Source of the DNA: Deltaproteobacteria bacterium
GTDB lineage: Bacteria > Myxococcota_A > UBA9160 > SMWR01
Length of the DNA stretch: 64,000 nt
Reading direction: 5' to 3'
Assembly: GCA_032128115.1 (NCBI GenBank)
Contig: JAQBHB010000041.1
Location: 128,001-192,000 of the forward strand
Position numbers and translations under genes: made by a program. Shown piece after piece: positions 47,939 through 56,584 of the stretch; position 1 is the first letter of the stretch, and every line of letters begins with the position of its first letter. The notes below the pieces were generated by a model that saw only the letters and a program-made list of their open reading frames with translations, did not search any database and had not been told where the DNA came from.

Positions 47939-48937
47939 TCACAACCAGTCGGGCGTCGGGAGGCCCTTGCTTCGCAGGAATTCCGGGTTGAAGAGCTTGG
48001 ACTGGTAGCGGGTTCCGAAGTCGCAGAGCACGGTGACGATGGTGTGGCCAGGGCCCAGTTCCTTCGCCATCCGGATGGCGGCGGCCACGTTGATGCCACT
48101 GGATCCGCCCAGGCACAGGCCCTCGTGCTTGAGCAGGTCGAAGATGATGGGCAGCGCCTCCTGGTCGGGGATCTGGTAGGCGTCATCGATGGGGGCGCCA
48201 TCGATGTTCTTGGTGACGCGTCCCTGGCCGATGCCCTCGGTGATGGAGCTGCCCTCCGCCTTGAGTTCGCCGGACTTGAAGTAGCTGTACATGGCGGCGC
48301 CCATGGGATCGGCGGCCGCCGTGACGATGTCCTTGTTGCGCTCCTTGAGAAACTGACCCACGCCCGCCAGGGTGCCCCCGGTGCCGATCGCACACGTGAA
48401 GCCGTCGACCTTGCCGTCGGTCTGTTCCCAGATCTCGGGGCCCGTGGAGCGGAAATGTCCCGAGCGGTTCGAGAGGTTGTCCCACTGGTTGGCGTAGAGC
48501 ACGCCCTTCGCCTCGCTCCCGGCCAGCTCCCCCGCCAGGCGCTCCGCGGTGTGGACATAGTTGTTGGGATCCTTGAAAGGCACAGCCGGCACCTGAAGCA
48601 GCTCCGCGCCGCATAGCATCAGCATGTCCTTCTTTTCCTGGCTCTGGGTCTCGGGGATCACGATCAGCGTGCGATAACCCCGCGCGTTTCCCACCAGGGC
48701 GAGACCGATCCCCGTATTGCCGGCGGTGCCTTCCACGATCAGGCCGCCAGGCTCGAGTTCGCCGCGCTCCTCCGCATCCAGGATGATGTATTTGGCGGCG
48801 CGATCCTTGACCGAACCTCCCGGGTTCAGGAACTCGGCTTTGCCCAGGACGGTGCAGCCGGTGAGTTCCGAGGCCTTGCGCAGCTTGATGAGCGGCGTCT
48901 GCCCGATGCTATCGATGAATCCATCGCGTACATCCAC
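47939..48937 (-). CDS. cysK: Cysteine synthase
   Basis: KAEFLNPGGSVKDR, EGTAGNTGIGLA, GTGGT, EGIG, GGSSG. Confidence 0.92.
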   Translation of the reverse strand: MDVRDGFIDSIGQTPLIKLRKASELTGCTVLGKAEFLNPGGSVKDRAAKYIILDAEERGELEPGGLIVEGTAGNTGIGLALVGNARGYRTLIVIPETQSQEKKDMLMLCGAELLQVPAVPFKDPNNYVHTAERLAGELAGSEAKGVLYANQWDNLSNRSGHFRSTGPEIWEQTDGKVDGFTCAIGTGGTLAGVGQFLKERNKDIVTAAADPMGAAMYSYFKSGELKAEGSSITEGIGQGRVTKNIDGAPIDDAYQIPDQEALPIIFDLLKHEGLCLGGSSGINVAAAIRMAKELGPGHTIVTVLCDFGTRYQSKLFNPEFLRSKGLPTPDWL

Positions 48938-48988
48938 GTCCTCGAAATCCTCCGTTGCGATGCAATCGCGCCTCGGGCGACGGACATT

Positions 48989-49585
48989 CTACCGTGACAG
49001 CGCTGCATCCAGCAGGGCGAAGTCGGCGGGCTCGAGCGGAAGCTCCCGCGCCAGCTCGCGCGCGGCTTCGCTCATCTTGGCCAGCGTCTTGCGGGTCACC
49101 TCCAGCAGCTTCTCAGCCTCGAGCTTGTGTGACAGGTCATGGAATTGCGTCTCCAGGAAGACCAGGCACAGGGCATCTTCCAGGACCTGCACCTCCGGGT
49201 CGCGCGCCAGATTCCTCTTCTGCACCAGGTCCCGCACCCGGGCCCGGATCGTTTCGTCGTAGCCCACGTGGGCGAGGATCGCGTCCACCTCACGGGCGTG
49301 GAAGAGCTGGAGCTCGCGACGCCAGCGCAGGTATCCGACGCGCCCTTCGGGAAACCCCGCGCGCGGCAGCGTCCAGCGTCGGATGTGATGGGCGCGGGCC
49401 GCCAGCCGCAGGGCTTCGCTGGCCTGGGGCTGCAGCCGCTCGATCCACTCGCTGGCCAGCTCCGCGTGGGCCAGCTCCTTGGGACGCGAGCGGCCGCGCA
49501 CCCACAGCCGCACGGGATCGTCGGCGTTGGCCGCGTCGATGGCGGCCAACGCCCGGACCATTCGATCGGGTTCGGTTGCCGCCAC
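48989..49585 (-). CDS. DUF4202-family protein
   Basis: ID.AN..DP, PKEL, LAAR.HH..RW..PR..FP.GR.GYL.WR, LEDALCLVFLE, KT..KMS. Confidence 0.88.
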   Translation of the reverse strand: MAATEPDRMVRALAAIDAANADDPVRLWVRGRSRPKELAHAELASEWIERLQPQASEALRLAARAHHIRRWTLPRAGFPEGRVGYLRWRRELQLFHAREVDAILAHVGYDETIRARVRDLVQKRNLARDPEVQVLEDALCLVFLETQFHDLSHKLEAEKLLEVTRKTLAKMSEAARELARELPLEPADFALLDAALSR

Positions 49586-49614
49586 GCGACCTCGCTTTCG
49601 ACGTGGGGATCTCG

Positions 49615-50547
49615 TCAGTACCGGGTGAGCGTCGGATCGATGCGATCGATCCAGGCCAGGATGCCGCCGCGCAGGTTCCAGGCGTTCTCGAAGCCCGCCT
49701 CCCGCAGCAGCTTCACCGCCCGGGAGGAGCGCGCGCCGGTCCTGCAGTGCACCACCACGTGCGCCCCCGAGTCGAGTTCGCCGATCCGCGCAGGCAGGCT
49801 GCTCAGGGGAATCAGCTGGCCGCCCAGGTTGCAGGTCTCGTACTCGCCGGTCTCGCGCACATCCACCAGCACGAAGTCGCTGCCGCCGTCGCGCAGCGCC
49901 TTCAGGTCGTCCACTTCGATGTCCCAATCGGTCTGGACCGGGGCCCGAGCGACCGTGCGGGCGGCAGGGCCTCCAAGTTTCTGGAGCAGGGCATCGGCCG
50001 CCACCACCTCTTTTGCCGTCACCGAAACCGACAGCGGCTTGCGCGGGTCGTCGCCATGGGCGCGGCTCAGCTCGCAGCCCCCGTCGAAAAGCTTCTCGAA
50101 GACCGGGGCGATGTCGCGGCGCGCCGCCTCGAAACCGTCGGCCGTATTCGGTGTGGCGAGCCGATCGAGATACTGGATCGTCACCACATCCGTCGCGAAG
50201 CGCAGGTTCGCCTTCTCGTCCTGCTCGATGGCCTGGATCGCAATCAGCGACTTCCGCAGCAGATCCCGCACCACCTCCGAGAGTGGCAGATCGCCGAAGC
50301 GCTTGCGGGTGGTGAGCAGCCCCGTGCGGCCGGCCGTCTGGTCGATGGCGTAGTCCACGTCGTGGCCCACCAGCAGCACCCCGGGTCCCTCGGGCACGTG
50401 CGCGTAGTCGGCCACGTCCAGCAGCAGTCCCTCGAGCGCGCCCTGCTGGATGAAGCGGTGGAAGACTCCGATGAAGGGCTCCACGTCCACGGCGGCGCCA
50501 GGATCGGGAGACACGAAGAACTTGACGGCGATGCGCTGCGGAGTCAT
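49615..50547 (-). CDS. Uncharacterised domain fused to C-terminal rhodanese
   Basis: N-terminal FHR.IQ...DVADY.HVP.GPGV.L.GH; C-terminal DVRE..EY...HCRTGARS...L.GGI.AW...IDP. Confidence 0.85.
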   Translation of the reverse strand: MTPQRIAVKFFVSPDPGAAVDVEPFIGVFHRFIQQGALEGLLLDVADYAHVPEGPGVLLVGHDVDYAIDQTAGRTGLLTTRKRFGDLPLSEVVRDLLRKSLIAIQAIEQDEKANLRFATDVVTIQYLDRLATPNTADGFEAARRDIAPVFEKLFDGGCELSRAHGDDPRKPLSVSVTAKEVVAADALLQKLGGPAARTVARAPVQTDWDIEVDDLKALRDGGSDFVLVDVRETGEYETCNLGGQLIPLSSLPARIGELDSGAHVVVHCRTGARSSRAVKLLREAGFENAWNLRGGILAWIDRIDPTLTRY

Positions 50548-50554
50548 GAGCGGC

Positions 50555-52795
50555 TCAGGCGGCGGGCGCGACGGCGGCGCTGATCCTCGCCTCGCAGCTG
50601 TGAGCCGCCTCGATGAATAGCAGCGACTCCTCCACCCGGCGCGATGCCTCGCCGCCGTCTACCCGGGCCGGGGGCTCCGTGTGCCGGGCCAGCAGGTATT
50701 GCCCGAACTTGCCGCCGGCGTATTTGTCGAAGAAGCGCTCCGTGTCGAAGAAGCGGGCCTTGAATTCCTTCACGATGTCGGCGGGCTCCTCGGTCACGTC
50801 GATGAACTCGGTTCGCACCAGCGCGCGCGCGGCCGAGAGCATGGCGCGATAGGCCAGATCCTCCGCTGCGTCGGGCTCGCCCTCTTCCAGAGCCACCTGG
50901 GCATCGAAGGCCTGGGACTCGGCCTTCACCACCTCGATCCCGAAAAGCGACACCACCTCGCCAGCGCACTCGCCCACGCCCAGATCGCCCACGGTGAAGT
51001 CGCGGGCGTCGCTCCAGTCGACGTAGAAACTCGGGTCTTCGTCGTATCTGGGTACCGCCATGAACGGCTTGATGATCTCGCGCACGTTTCGCTTGCCCAT
51101 GCGCCGGGTCCAGTCCTGGAAGGACTCGCTCTTTTCGCGCCCCTGTGCGTAGGCCTCGGTCAGCGCGTCCACCGCCTCGGGAATCGCCTTGCTGGGCACG
51201 GAGCCCATGGCCAGGCCATAGGACCCGGCATTGTGGGTCCACTGGCCGCCCAGGATCACCTGGAAGTGGGGCGCCGTGCGCTTGTCGATCTTGCGGCTGT
51301 TTCCGTAGAAGCCGATGTCGGCCAGATGGTGCTGGCCGCAGCTGTTGAAGCAACCCGAGATCTTGATCTTGAGACCGGTGATGGCTTCGGGCAATGCCGC
51401 CGACTTCTCCCCCAGGCGCTTGCGCAGCTGGGCGGCCAGGCCGCGGCTGCTTGCGATGCCGAGCTTGCAGGTGTCGGTGCCCGGGCAGGTGGTGATGTCC
51501 ACGATGGTACCGGCACCCGGAGCGGCCAGTCCCACCCGGCGGAGCGCCTGGTACAGGGCGGGCAGGTCCGATTCGCTCACGAAGCGCAGCACGATGTTCT
51601 GTTCGACGGTGGTGCGCAGGTTCTCCCCCACGAACCGACGAGCGATGTCGGCCAGGGCGCGTGCCTGGTCGGCGGTGAGGTCGCCCAGGGGAAGGTTCAC
51701 GGTGGCAACCGCGTATCCCTCCTGGCGCTGGGCCATCACGTTGCTGGCGCACCAGGCCGGGAAACCCTCGGGCAGGTTGCCGGCGTCGAGCGCCTGCGCC
51801 GGGCGCGGCGCCTCGCCGCCGGTGCGGGGCAGGTCGTCCAGGAAATCGGTCCAGCGGGAGTCGTAGGGGATCGTCTTGCGCTCTTCCGCCACCAGCCGCC
51901 GGAACTCCTCGATCCCGAGCTTGGCCACCAGGAACTTGATGCGGGCGCGGCCGCGGTTCCTCTTCTCGCCGAGCCGCGCGAACACCCGCGCCACCGCCTG
52001 TATCTGGGGCAGGAACTCCTCGACCGGCGTGAACTCGCTCAGCACTTCGGCCTGGTGCGGCACCGTGCCCAGGCCGCCTCCCACGACGACCTTGAAGCCT
52101 CGCACCCCGTCGACCACGCGCGAGACGAAGCCCGCGTCGTGCATCTGGACCAGCCCGCAGGCCTCGTGCTCGCAACCCGAGAAGGCGGGCTTGAACTTTC
52201 GCCCGAAGTCCTGCACGTCCGGATGACCCAGCAGGAAGTGCATGAGGGCGCTCGCGTACGGCGAAACGTCGAAGGCCTCGGTCTTGCAGACACCGGCCAG
52301 GGGGCAGGCGGTGACGTTTCGCACCGAGTTGCCGCAGGCCTCGCGCGTGGTGATACCCACCGCGGCCAGGCGCCGCATCAGGTCCGGCGTGTCCTCGATG
52401 TGCACGAAGTGGAGCTGTACATCCTGACGCGTGGTGATGTGCAGGATCGAGTCCGAGTACTCCTCCGAGAGAGCCGCAAGCACCTCCAGCTGCTCGGATG
52501 AGACTCCCCCGTACGGAATCTTGATGCGCTGCATGCCCGGGGCATCCCAGAGCGTATCGGGCCCCTTGGTGGGCTTGGCCTCGTAGGGGAGAGCGCGCAC
52601 GGCGATGCCGTCGGCGCGCTTGCCGTTGTCGTAGCGCTGCCCGTAGACACCACGGCGCAGACGAGTCTCGGCGAAGATCCTGTCTTCGAGCTTGCCCTGG
52701 CGGCGCAGCCCGATCTGACCCTCGAACAGGTCGATCTCGTCGGCCCAGGCCGCGTCCATGCGACCTGCGAGTTCCTGCTTCCAGCTCGTGCTCAT
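50555..52795 (-). CDS. Siroheme nitrite/sulfite reductase with C-terminal HEPN-like extension
   Basis: RL.RGVYGQR, H.TTRQD.QLH, EACGN.VRN, CPGTDTC...SGCFNSCGQH. Confidence 0.9.
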   Translation of the reverse strand: MSTSWKQELAGRMDAAWADEIDLFEGQIGLRRQGKLEDRIFAETRLRRGVYGQRYDNGKRADGIAVRALPYEAKPTKGPDTLWDAPGMQRIKIPYGGVSSEQLEVLAALSEEYSDSILHITTRQDVQLHFVHIEDTPDLMRRLAAVGITTREACGNSVRNVTACPLAGVCKTEAFDVSPYASALMHFLLGHPDVQDFGRKFKPAFSGCEHEACGLVQMHDAGFVSRVVDGVRGFKVVVGGGLGTVPHQAEVLSEFTPVEEFLPQIQAVARVFARLGEKRNRGRARIKFLVAKLGIEEFRRLVAEERKTIPYDSRWTDFLDDLPRTGGEAPRPAQALDAGNLPEGFPAWCASNVMAQRQEGYAVATVNLPLGDLTADQARALADIARRFVGENLRTTVEQNIVLRFVSESDLPALYQALRRVGLAAPGAGTIVDITTCPGTDTCKLGIASSRGLAAQLRKRLGEKSAALPEAITGLKIKISGCFNSCGQHHLADIGFYGNSRKIDKRTAPHFQVILGGQWTHNAGSYGLAMGSVPSKAIPEAVDALTEAYAQGREKSESFQDWTRRMGKRNVREIIKPFMAVPRYDEDPSFYVDWSDARDFTVGDLGVGECAGEVVSLFGIEVVKAESQAFDAQVALEEGEPDAAEDLAYRAMLSAARALVRTEFIDVTEEPADIVKEFKARFFDTERFFDKYAGGKFGQYLLARHTEPPARVDGGEASRRVEESLLFIEAAHSCEARISAAVAPAA

Positions 52796-52969
52796 GGGAT
52801 CCTCGTGACCCGGCACCGTTCGCGCCCCCGTGCTGCGTCGCGAAGGATTTGGATGCCGGGTGGGGGGACCGGGATTCAAACCCTACAACCGCGCCCGGTG
52901 CGGAACAAGCCGCGCGTCGGATGCGGGCCGCTCTGGATCATCCCGAAATTCCGGTTTTATTTCAAGCCC

Positions 52970-54571
52970 TTATGGAATCTCGCGAGAGTCCTGGGGTCGT
53001 CCCGAAATTCGCAGGCTGGCCGCCACGCCCACTCCCAGCACCAGAAGCAGCGGAAGCAGGCTGGCCCGGCTGGCGGGCCACACCCACTCCCCCGCATTGA
53101 AGGAGTTCCAGCGCACGCGCTCCGAGCCGAAGGCGTAGATCGTGTAGGCGCGTCCCTCGTAGACCCCCAGATCATTGCTGGAGACGGGACCCTGGGGGCG
53201 ATCGCCTGCGAAGTGGCGAAGCAGGTAGCGCACCGGGTTCTTCTCCGGGTTCGGGACCTGGGGATTCACGGCGGTAGCCAGCAGCATGAACGCAGCCGAG
53301 ACGACGGCGAGACCCGTCGTGACCCATGGCCGGCGTTCGAAGGCCGGCGCGAGACCCAGGGCCAGGAATGGCAGCGCCGGGATCAGGTAGCGCGGCCCGA
53401 ACGTGAATCCTGCGTGCCAGCGATCGAAGGCCGCGTTCACCACCAGGAAGATCGCGATCATCGCCACACACAGGATCGCCTCGTCTCGTGTCTCGCGGCG
53501 CGAGAACATGCGCCCGATCCCCAGGGCCGCCGCCGCCAGGACCGGACTCGTGAAGAAGAGGCCCCGGTGGCTGGAGAACAGGAGCTTCCAGGCAACCATG
53601 GCATCCGGAAGCGAGAACATGCCGAGCCAGCTCTCGCGGCCGCGGAACGTTTGCGCCATGTACGCGTGGGGAAGCGCGAAAGGGCTGCCGAAGCAGAGCG
53701 CGTGGTAGCTCGCGAGCACCAGCGCCGGCGCTATCCCGCCGGCGGCGAACGAAGCCAGCAACCTGGGGGAGCCGACCCGCCAGGCATAGGCCGCAAGCAG
53801 GGGCACCGCCACGCCGGCGCTGTAGTTGAACACCACGGCGAAGCCCGCGGCGGCACCGGCACCCGCGAACGCGAGCGTCCCCGCCCGGCGATCTGCGTCG
53901 GAGAGATCACGCGCCCGCACCAGCAGGGTGAACGCCAGCAGCAGCAGAATCGCCACGGGCACGTGGTCGAAGAGCATCGTCGAGAACGGGAACATCATCG
54001 TGCCCAGTCCGAACGTCCACGCGGCCGCCAGCTGAGGGAGGGGGCCAATCTCTGGGAAGAGCGCGCGCGACGCCCGGTAGAAGACCAGGCACCCGAGGGC
54101 GCCCACGAGACCCACGGAGAGTGCGGTGGCGAGCCAGGCATTGACGGTGAGCGAACGCCAGGCATCCGGATCGGCACCCAGCCTCGATCCGACCGCCTGG
54201 ACCACCCCGTAGGCGGGTGCGGCCAGCAGGCTGATTCCCGGCGCCTTGTTGGGATAGACGCGCCCATCGTGCAGGGACAGATCACCGCTGTTGGGGTCGG
54301 GGACCGACTCGAGCGAGGGCACCGGCTCGGGCAGCGCGACCCGGCGGATCTCGAGCTCGCCGTCGCGCGTGACCGGGCGGTACAACAGGTAGTCGTTGAT
54401 GCGAAGCTCGCCGGCCCCGACCAGGGCGCGAACCTGATCGAGACGGCTGTTCTGCTGCCAGCCTCCACCCTGGTGGAACCAGACGTACGCCAGGAACAAC
54501 GAGAAGAAGAGGATCCACTCGGTTCGATCTGGCCTATGAAAGATCGGTCGACGCAAGCTGGAATGCTGCAA
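52970..54571 (-). CDS. Multi-pass membrane protein, GT-C/PMT-like
   Basis: NQ/NSR.D, Y.NKAPG.S, RGLF..SP, W..G...GPRYL.P motifs. Confidence 0.7.
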   Translation of the reverse strand: MQHSSLRRPIFHRPDRTEWILFFSLFLAYVWFHQGGGWQQNSRLDQVRALVGAGELRINDYLLYRPVTRDGELEIRRVALPEPVPSLESVPDPNSGDLSLHDGRVYPNKAPGISLLAAPAYGVVQAVGSRLGADPDAWRSLTVNAWLATALSVGLVGALGCLVFYRASRALFPEIGPLPQLAAAWTFGLGTMMFPFSTMLFDHVPVAILLLLAFTLLVRARDLSDADRRAGTLAFAGAGAAAGFAVVFNYSAGVAVPLLAAYAWRVGSPRLLASFAAGGIAPALVLASYHALCFGSPFALPHAYMAQTFRGRESWLGMFSLPDAMVAWKLLFSSHRGLFFTSPVLAAAALGIGRMFSRRETRDEAILCVAMIAIFLVVNAAFDRWHAGFTFGPRYLIPALPFLALGLAPAFERRPWVTTGLAVVSAAFMLLATAVNPQVPNPEKNPVRYLLRHFAGDRPQGPVSSNDLGVYEGRAYTIYAFGSERVRWNSFNAGEWVWPASRASLLPLLLVLGVGVAASLRISGRPQDSREIP

Positions 54572-54635
54572 GCTCCCTCACAGCGGTGGGAACGACCCGG
54601 CGCCGGAACGTAGCGCGGACGTGTATCGTGTGTTC

Positions 54636-55169
54636 ATGCTCCGCTCTGCCACGTTCCTCGCCATCGGGCTCCTGGTGGTCTGGGGCCTGGTGGCCCTGGT
54701 TCCGTACGCGGCGATGTACTCGACCCTGCGCCCGCTGTCGCGAGCCGAACGGGGTGAGCTTGCCTCGGACGAGGCGCAGAGCTTCCTGGTGCGGGCCGGG
54801 CGCGTGGACCTGCGCAGACGACTGGCGCTGCGCAGCCAGCGAGGCACCGCGCTTCCCTCGCCGCCGGCGAATGCCTGGCGCTGGGGCTACGAGGAATCGC
54901 TGCGGCTGCCTGCCGACGCGAAGATCTACCTGAATGATCCCCGGGCCGCCGTCTACTTCTACGGAACCTTCTTCTGGCTCCCGGCGCGGCTCGATGTGAA
55001 TCCGGAGCCGGTGACGATCACGGGACACGCGAACCTCAAGCGCGGTGCGCGCCGCGTCCCCGAAAGCGACTTCGCCGAGCTCGAGCGTCGAGGATACAGC
55101 CACGTGGTGACGCGCGCCCACGAGAGCTTCGAGATCGTGGATCTTTCGCCAGCGGGAGAAGTACCGTGA
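54636..55169 (+). CDS. Hypothetical membrane-anchored protein
   Basis: N-terminal TM; GTGA overlap with the next gene. Confidence 0.65.
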   Translation: MLRSATFLAIGLLVVWGLVALVPYAAMYSTLRPLSRAERGELASDEAQSFLVRAGRVDLRRRLALRSQRGTALPSPPANAWRWGYEESLRLPADAKIYLNDPRAAVYFYGTFFWLPARLDVNPEPVTITGHANLKRGARRVPESDFAELERRGYSHVVTRAHESFEIVDLSPAGEVP

Positions 55170-56584
55170 CCCGCGTGGGCGCCCTGCTGGCGCTGCTCGC
55201 CCTGTGGGCCTGCGGCGCGGCCCTGCTCACCCTGATCGCTCCCGCGCCCGACCGCCTTCCGCGATCCGCGCGCGCGGGCCTGGCCTTCGGGCTCGGCCTG
55301 CTGGTGATCTCCCAGTCGCTGTTCGCGGCCTCGTGGCTGGGCGCGACTCCGGCCTGGTGGGTGGGCGCGCTGGACGTCGCCGCGCTTGGCGGCCTGGCGC
55401 TGGCCCTGCGCCGCGATCGGCTCGCCGACTGGCTGCGACCGGCCCGGGCGCAGGCGACCCCGGGCCCCGGCTGGTTGCGCTGGCTAGATCGCGGCCTGCT
55501 GGCGGGGCTCGTTCTCGTGGTCGCTACCGTTTCGCTCTACGCACTGACCGAGCCGTTGGTCGAATGGGACGTGCTCGCCATCTGGGCCACAAAGGCGAAG
55601 CTGCTGCTCTTCGAGCCCATCGCCACCACCGGCTACTTCCAGGACCTTTCGAAGGGCTACTCGCATCTGGACTACCCGCTGCTGTGGCCTCTGTCGCTGT
55701 CGTGGATCTGGGTGGGCGCCGGCAGCCCCGACCTGTGGGCCGTAAAGGTCCTGGTGCCCGCGATGCTCGCCGCCTACGCCGCCAGCTTCTACGGACTGCT
55801 GTCCCAGCGCGCCGACCGTTCCACGTCGCTGCTCTTCACGTCCCTGTTGCTGGGCCTGCCCATGCTTCTGAGCCAGATCGCACGCATGCAGGCCGATCCG
55901 GTGTTGGGTTACTTCGTCATGGGAGCGGGCGCCGCCACCTGGCTGTGGCTCGTGGACGATCGCCGCGACTGCCTGCGGCTGGCGGGACTCTTCGTCACGG
56001 GCGTGCTCCTCACCAAGAACGAGGGTCTCGCGTTCTACGCAGTGCTGCTGGTGGCCACCGCGGCCGTCCTGCTGCGCGAAGGCTCGCGCCAGCGCTGGCA
56101 AGCAGGCGCTCTCTGGCTTGGGGCGCTGCCGGCGGCCGTCTCGAGCCCATGGTTCGTTCTGCGCGCGGGGATTCCCCGAGTGAGCGAGAACTACACCGGC
56201 CGCCTGGATCCGCAGATCTTCCTCGAGAATCTGCACCGCATCCCGGAGATCCTGGCAGGCGTCGGTGCCTACCTGCTCGACAGTCGCGATTGGCTGCTCT
56301 TCTGGCCGGCCCTGGCCGCGCTGCTGGTGCTGGCGGTGCGACACTGGATTCGCGGACCGCTCCTGTTCCTGTTCGTGCTCGCCGAGGCGCCGCTCCTGAT
56401 CTATGGCGTGATCTTCGTGATAACGCCGTGGCGCCCGGCGGATCTTCTGGAGTTCTCGGCCAGCCGCCTGCTGCTCCACACCCTGCCACTGCAGGTGTTT
56501 CTCGCCGCCGAGGTGGTGCGGTCCGCCCGCCTGCTGCCGTGGCTCGACCGGGTCGACACCCGTTCGGGTCAGAGCTCCGCCTGA
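55166..56584 (+). CDS. GT-C-like (family 39-like) membrane glycosyltransferase
   Basis: WD...IW..KAK, H.DYP.L.P, TKNEG motifs, many TMs. Confidence 0.75.
   Translation: MTRVGALLALLALWACGAALLTLIAPAPDRLPRSARAGLAFGLGLLVISQSLFAASWLGATPAWWVGALDVAALGGLALALRRDRLADWLRPARAQATPGPGWLRWLDRGLLAGLVLVVATVSLYALTEPLVEWDVLAIWATKAKLLLFEPIATTGYFQDLSKGYSHLDYPLLWPLSLSWIWVGAGSPDLWAVKVLVPAMLAAYAASFYGLLSQRADRSTSLLFTSLLLGLPMLLSQIARMQADPVLGYFVMGAGAATWLWLVDDRRDCLRLAGLFVTGVLLTKNEGLAFYAVLLVATAAVLLREGSRQRWQAGALWLGALPAAVSSPWFVLRAGIPRVSENYTGRLDPQIFLENLHRIPEILAGVGAYLLDSRDWLLFWPALAALLVLAVRHWIRGPLLFLFVLAEAPLLIYGVIFVITPWRPADLLEFSASRLLLHTLPLQVFLAAEVVRSARLLPWLDRVDTRSGQSSA

Noticed and set aside
52861..52883. tRNA 3'-end-like sequence on the minus strand (GGGTTTGAATCCCGGTCCCCCCA), possible tRNA or att site
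   Set aside because: T-loop is TTTGAAT, T-stem is only 3 bp, no matching 5' acceptor strand or anticodon arm, and no integrase nearby
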